DNA of 63,732 nucleotides, the filler included, from Octopus bimaculoides (lineage: Eukaryota): NCBI RefSeq assembly GCF_001194135.2. It is 8 parts of 7 records of this genome, joined end to end, with 100 filler letters (N's around TTAATTAATTAA, not from the genome) between each part and the next. Parts side by side here need not be neighbours in the genome. Positions count along the whole stretch, not along the records: positions 61,250 to 63,732 come from NC_068991.1; 7 more parts are not named here. One strand, 5' to 3'. Below are positions 63,045 through 63,732 of the stretch, one piece after another. Below the pieces are notes generated by a model. The model saw only the letters and a list, made by a program, of their open reading frames with translations. It did no database searches and was not told where the DNA came from. The number at the start of each line of letters is the position of its first letter. Within the stretch, counting starts at the first letter, position 1. The translations under genes were made by a program, and so were the position numbers.

Positions 63045-63732
63045 TCCATGAGGGTGGATCAAGGGGCGTGTCCTAACATTCGTCCACAGCGAGAGCGCGG
63101 GCAATAATCCCCTCTTGCACGGGCCTCGTCGTCGCTTCTAGAGTTAACTGCCAGTTCCATCCGGCGGGTTCTGACCATGGTTTCCCGGGGCTCGCTCGGG
63201 ATCCTTATAAAGGGGCAAGGCGCGCGGAGGCGCCGCGTGGCTGTTGGTATTTAATGTACTCGGTCTCGCCGTGTCGGATAGGCCTAGTGATACTCGGATC
63301 TGGTCGCTTGTGGTTCGTAGGTTCGTCAGGGTCGTATGGTGACGAATTACAGTTGCAGTGTCTCTCTATATTGGCTTCCATGTTCTTCTGTTACCTGGTC
63401 CCTATTTCTCAGTCTTGCCGGTCGATTATGTGGTCGTGGTCGCTTCTCCATCAAGCGGCAATCGTTGGACACTTCTCCAGTCCTGTAGCTTGTTGTGCGT
63501 ACAGTGAGCTCCATATCCCTGCAGCTCCATCGCAGGGCGGGGGTCGGGTACTGACTGGACCCGTCCCTTGTCTCCTACCCAGTCACTCTGAGGCGGGCAG
63601 CCGTCATTGGCCGTACGATCGGTCGGCAGGGACAGTGGCCCGCCCCCATCCGGGGACGGGATCATAACGTAAGCCGCTGATCCGCCAGTCTATGTCGGCT
63701 ATTCCGCAAATGGCCCATTCGAATCCCCTGTC

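Overview
A repeat-saturated, AT-rich animal genome window with many N gaps. The SINE families and microsatellite load point to an octopus (cephalopod) draft assembly; this is inferred from recalled repeat sequences, not a database hit. I find no complete protein-coding gene, rRNA, tRNA gene or CRISPR array, and nearly all ORFs in the supplied track are microsatellite or gap artefacts. Supported content: about 30 copies of three tRNA-derived SINE families; relics of Penelope-like (GIY-YIG), RTE, CR1-like, R4/Dong, R2-like, Gypsy, mariner/Tc1, pogo/Tigger and Helitron elements; several MITEs; and a 22-bp minisatellite. The most interesting signals are minimal hammerhead-ribozyme-like motifs in Penelope-type repeats (187-299, 54915-54953), a tandemly duplicated decayed exon-like unit with a stanniocalcin-like Cys/His motif (22.9-24.1 kb), a TATA/Inr/E-box/CCAAT/E2F promoter-like cluster at 11.6-11.8 kb, R4/Dong fragments inside (TAA)n tracts, and an R2-like element outside rDNA followed by an unexplained GC-rich block at the right end.
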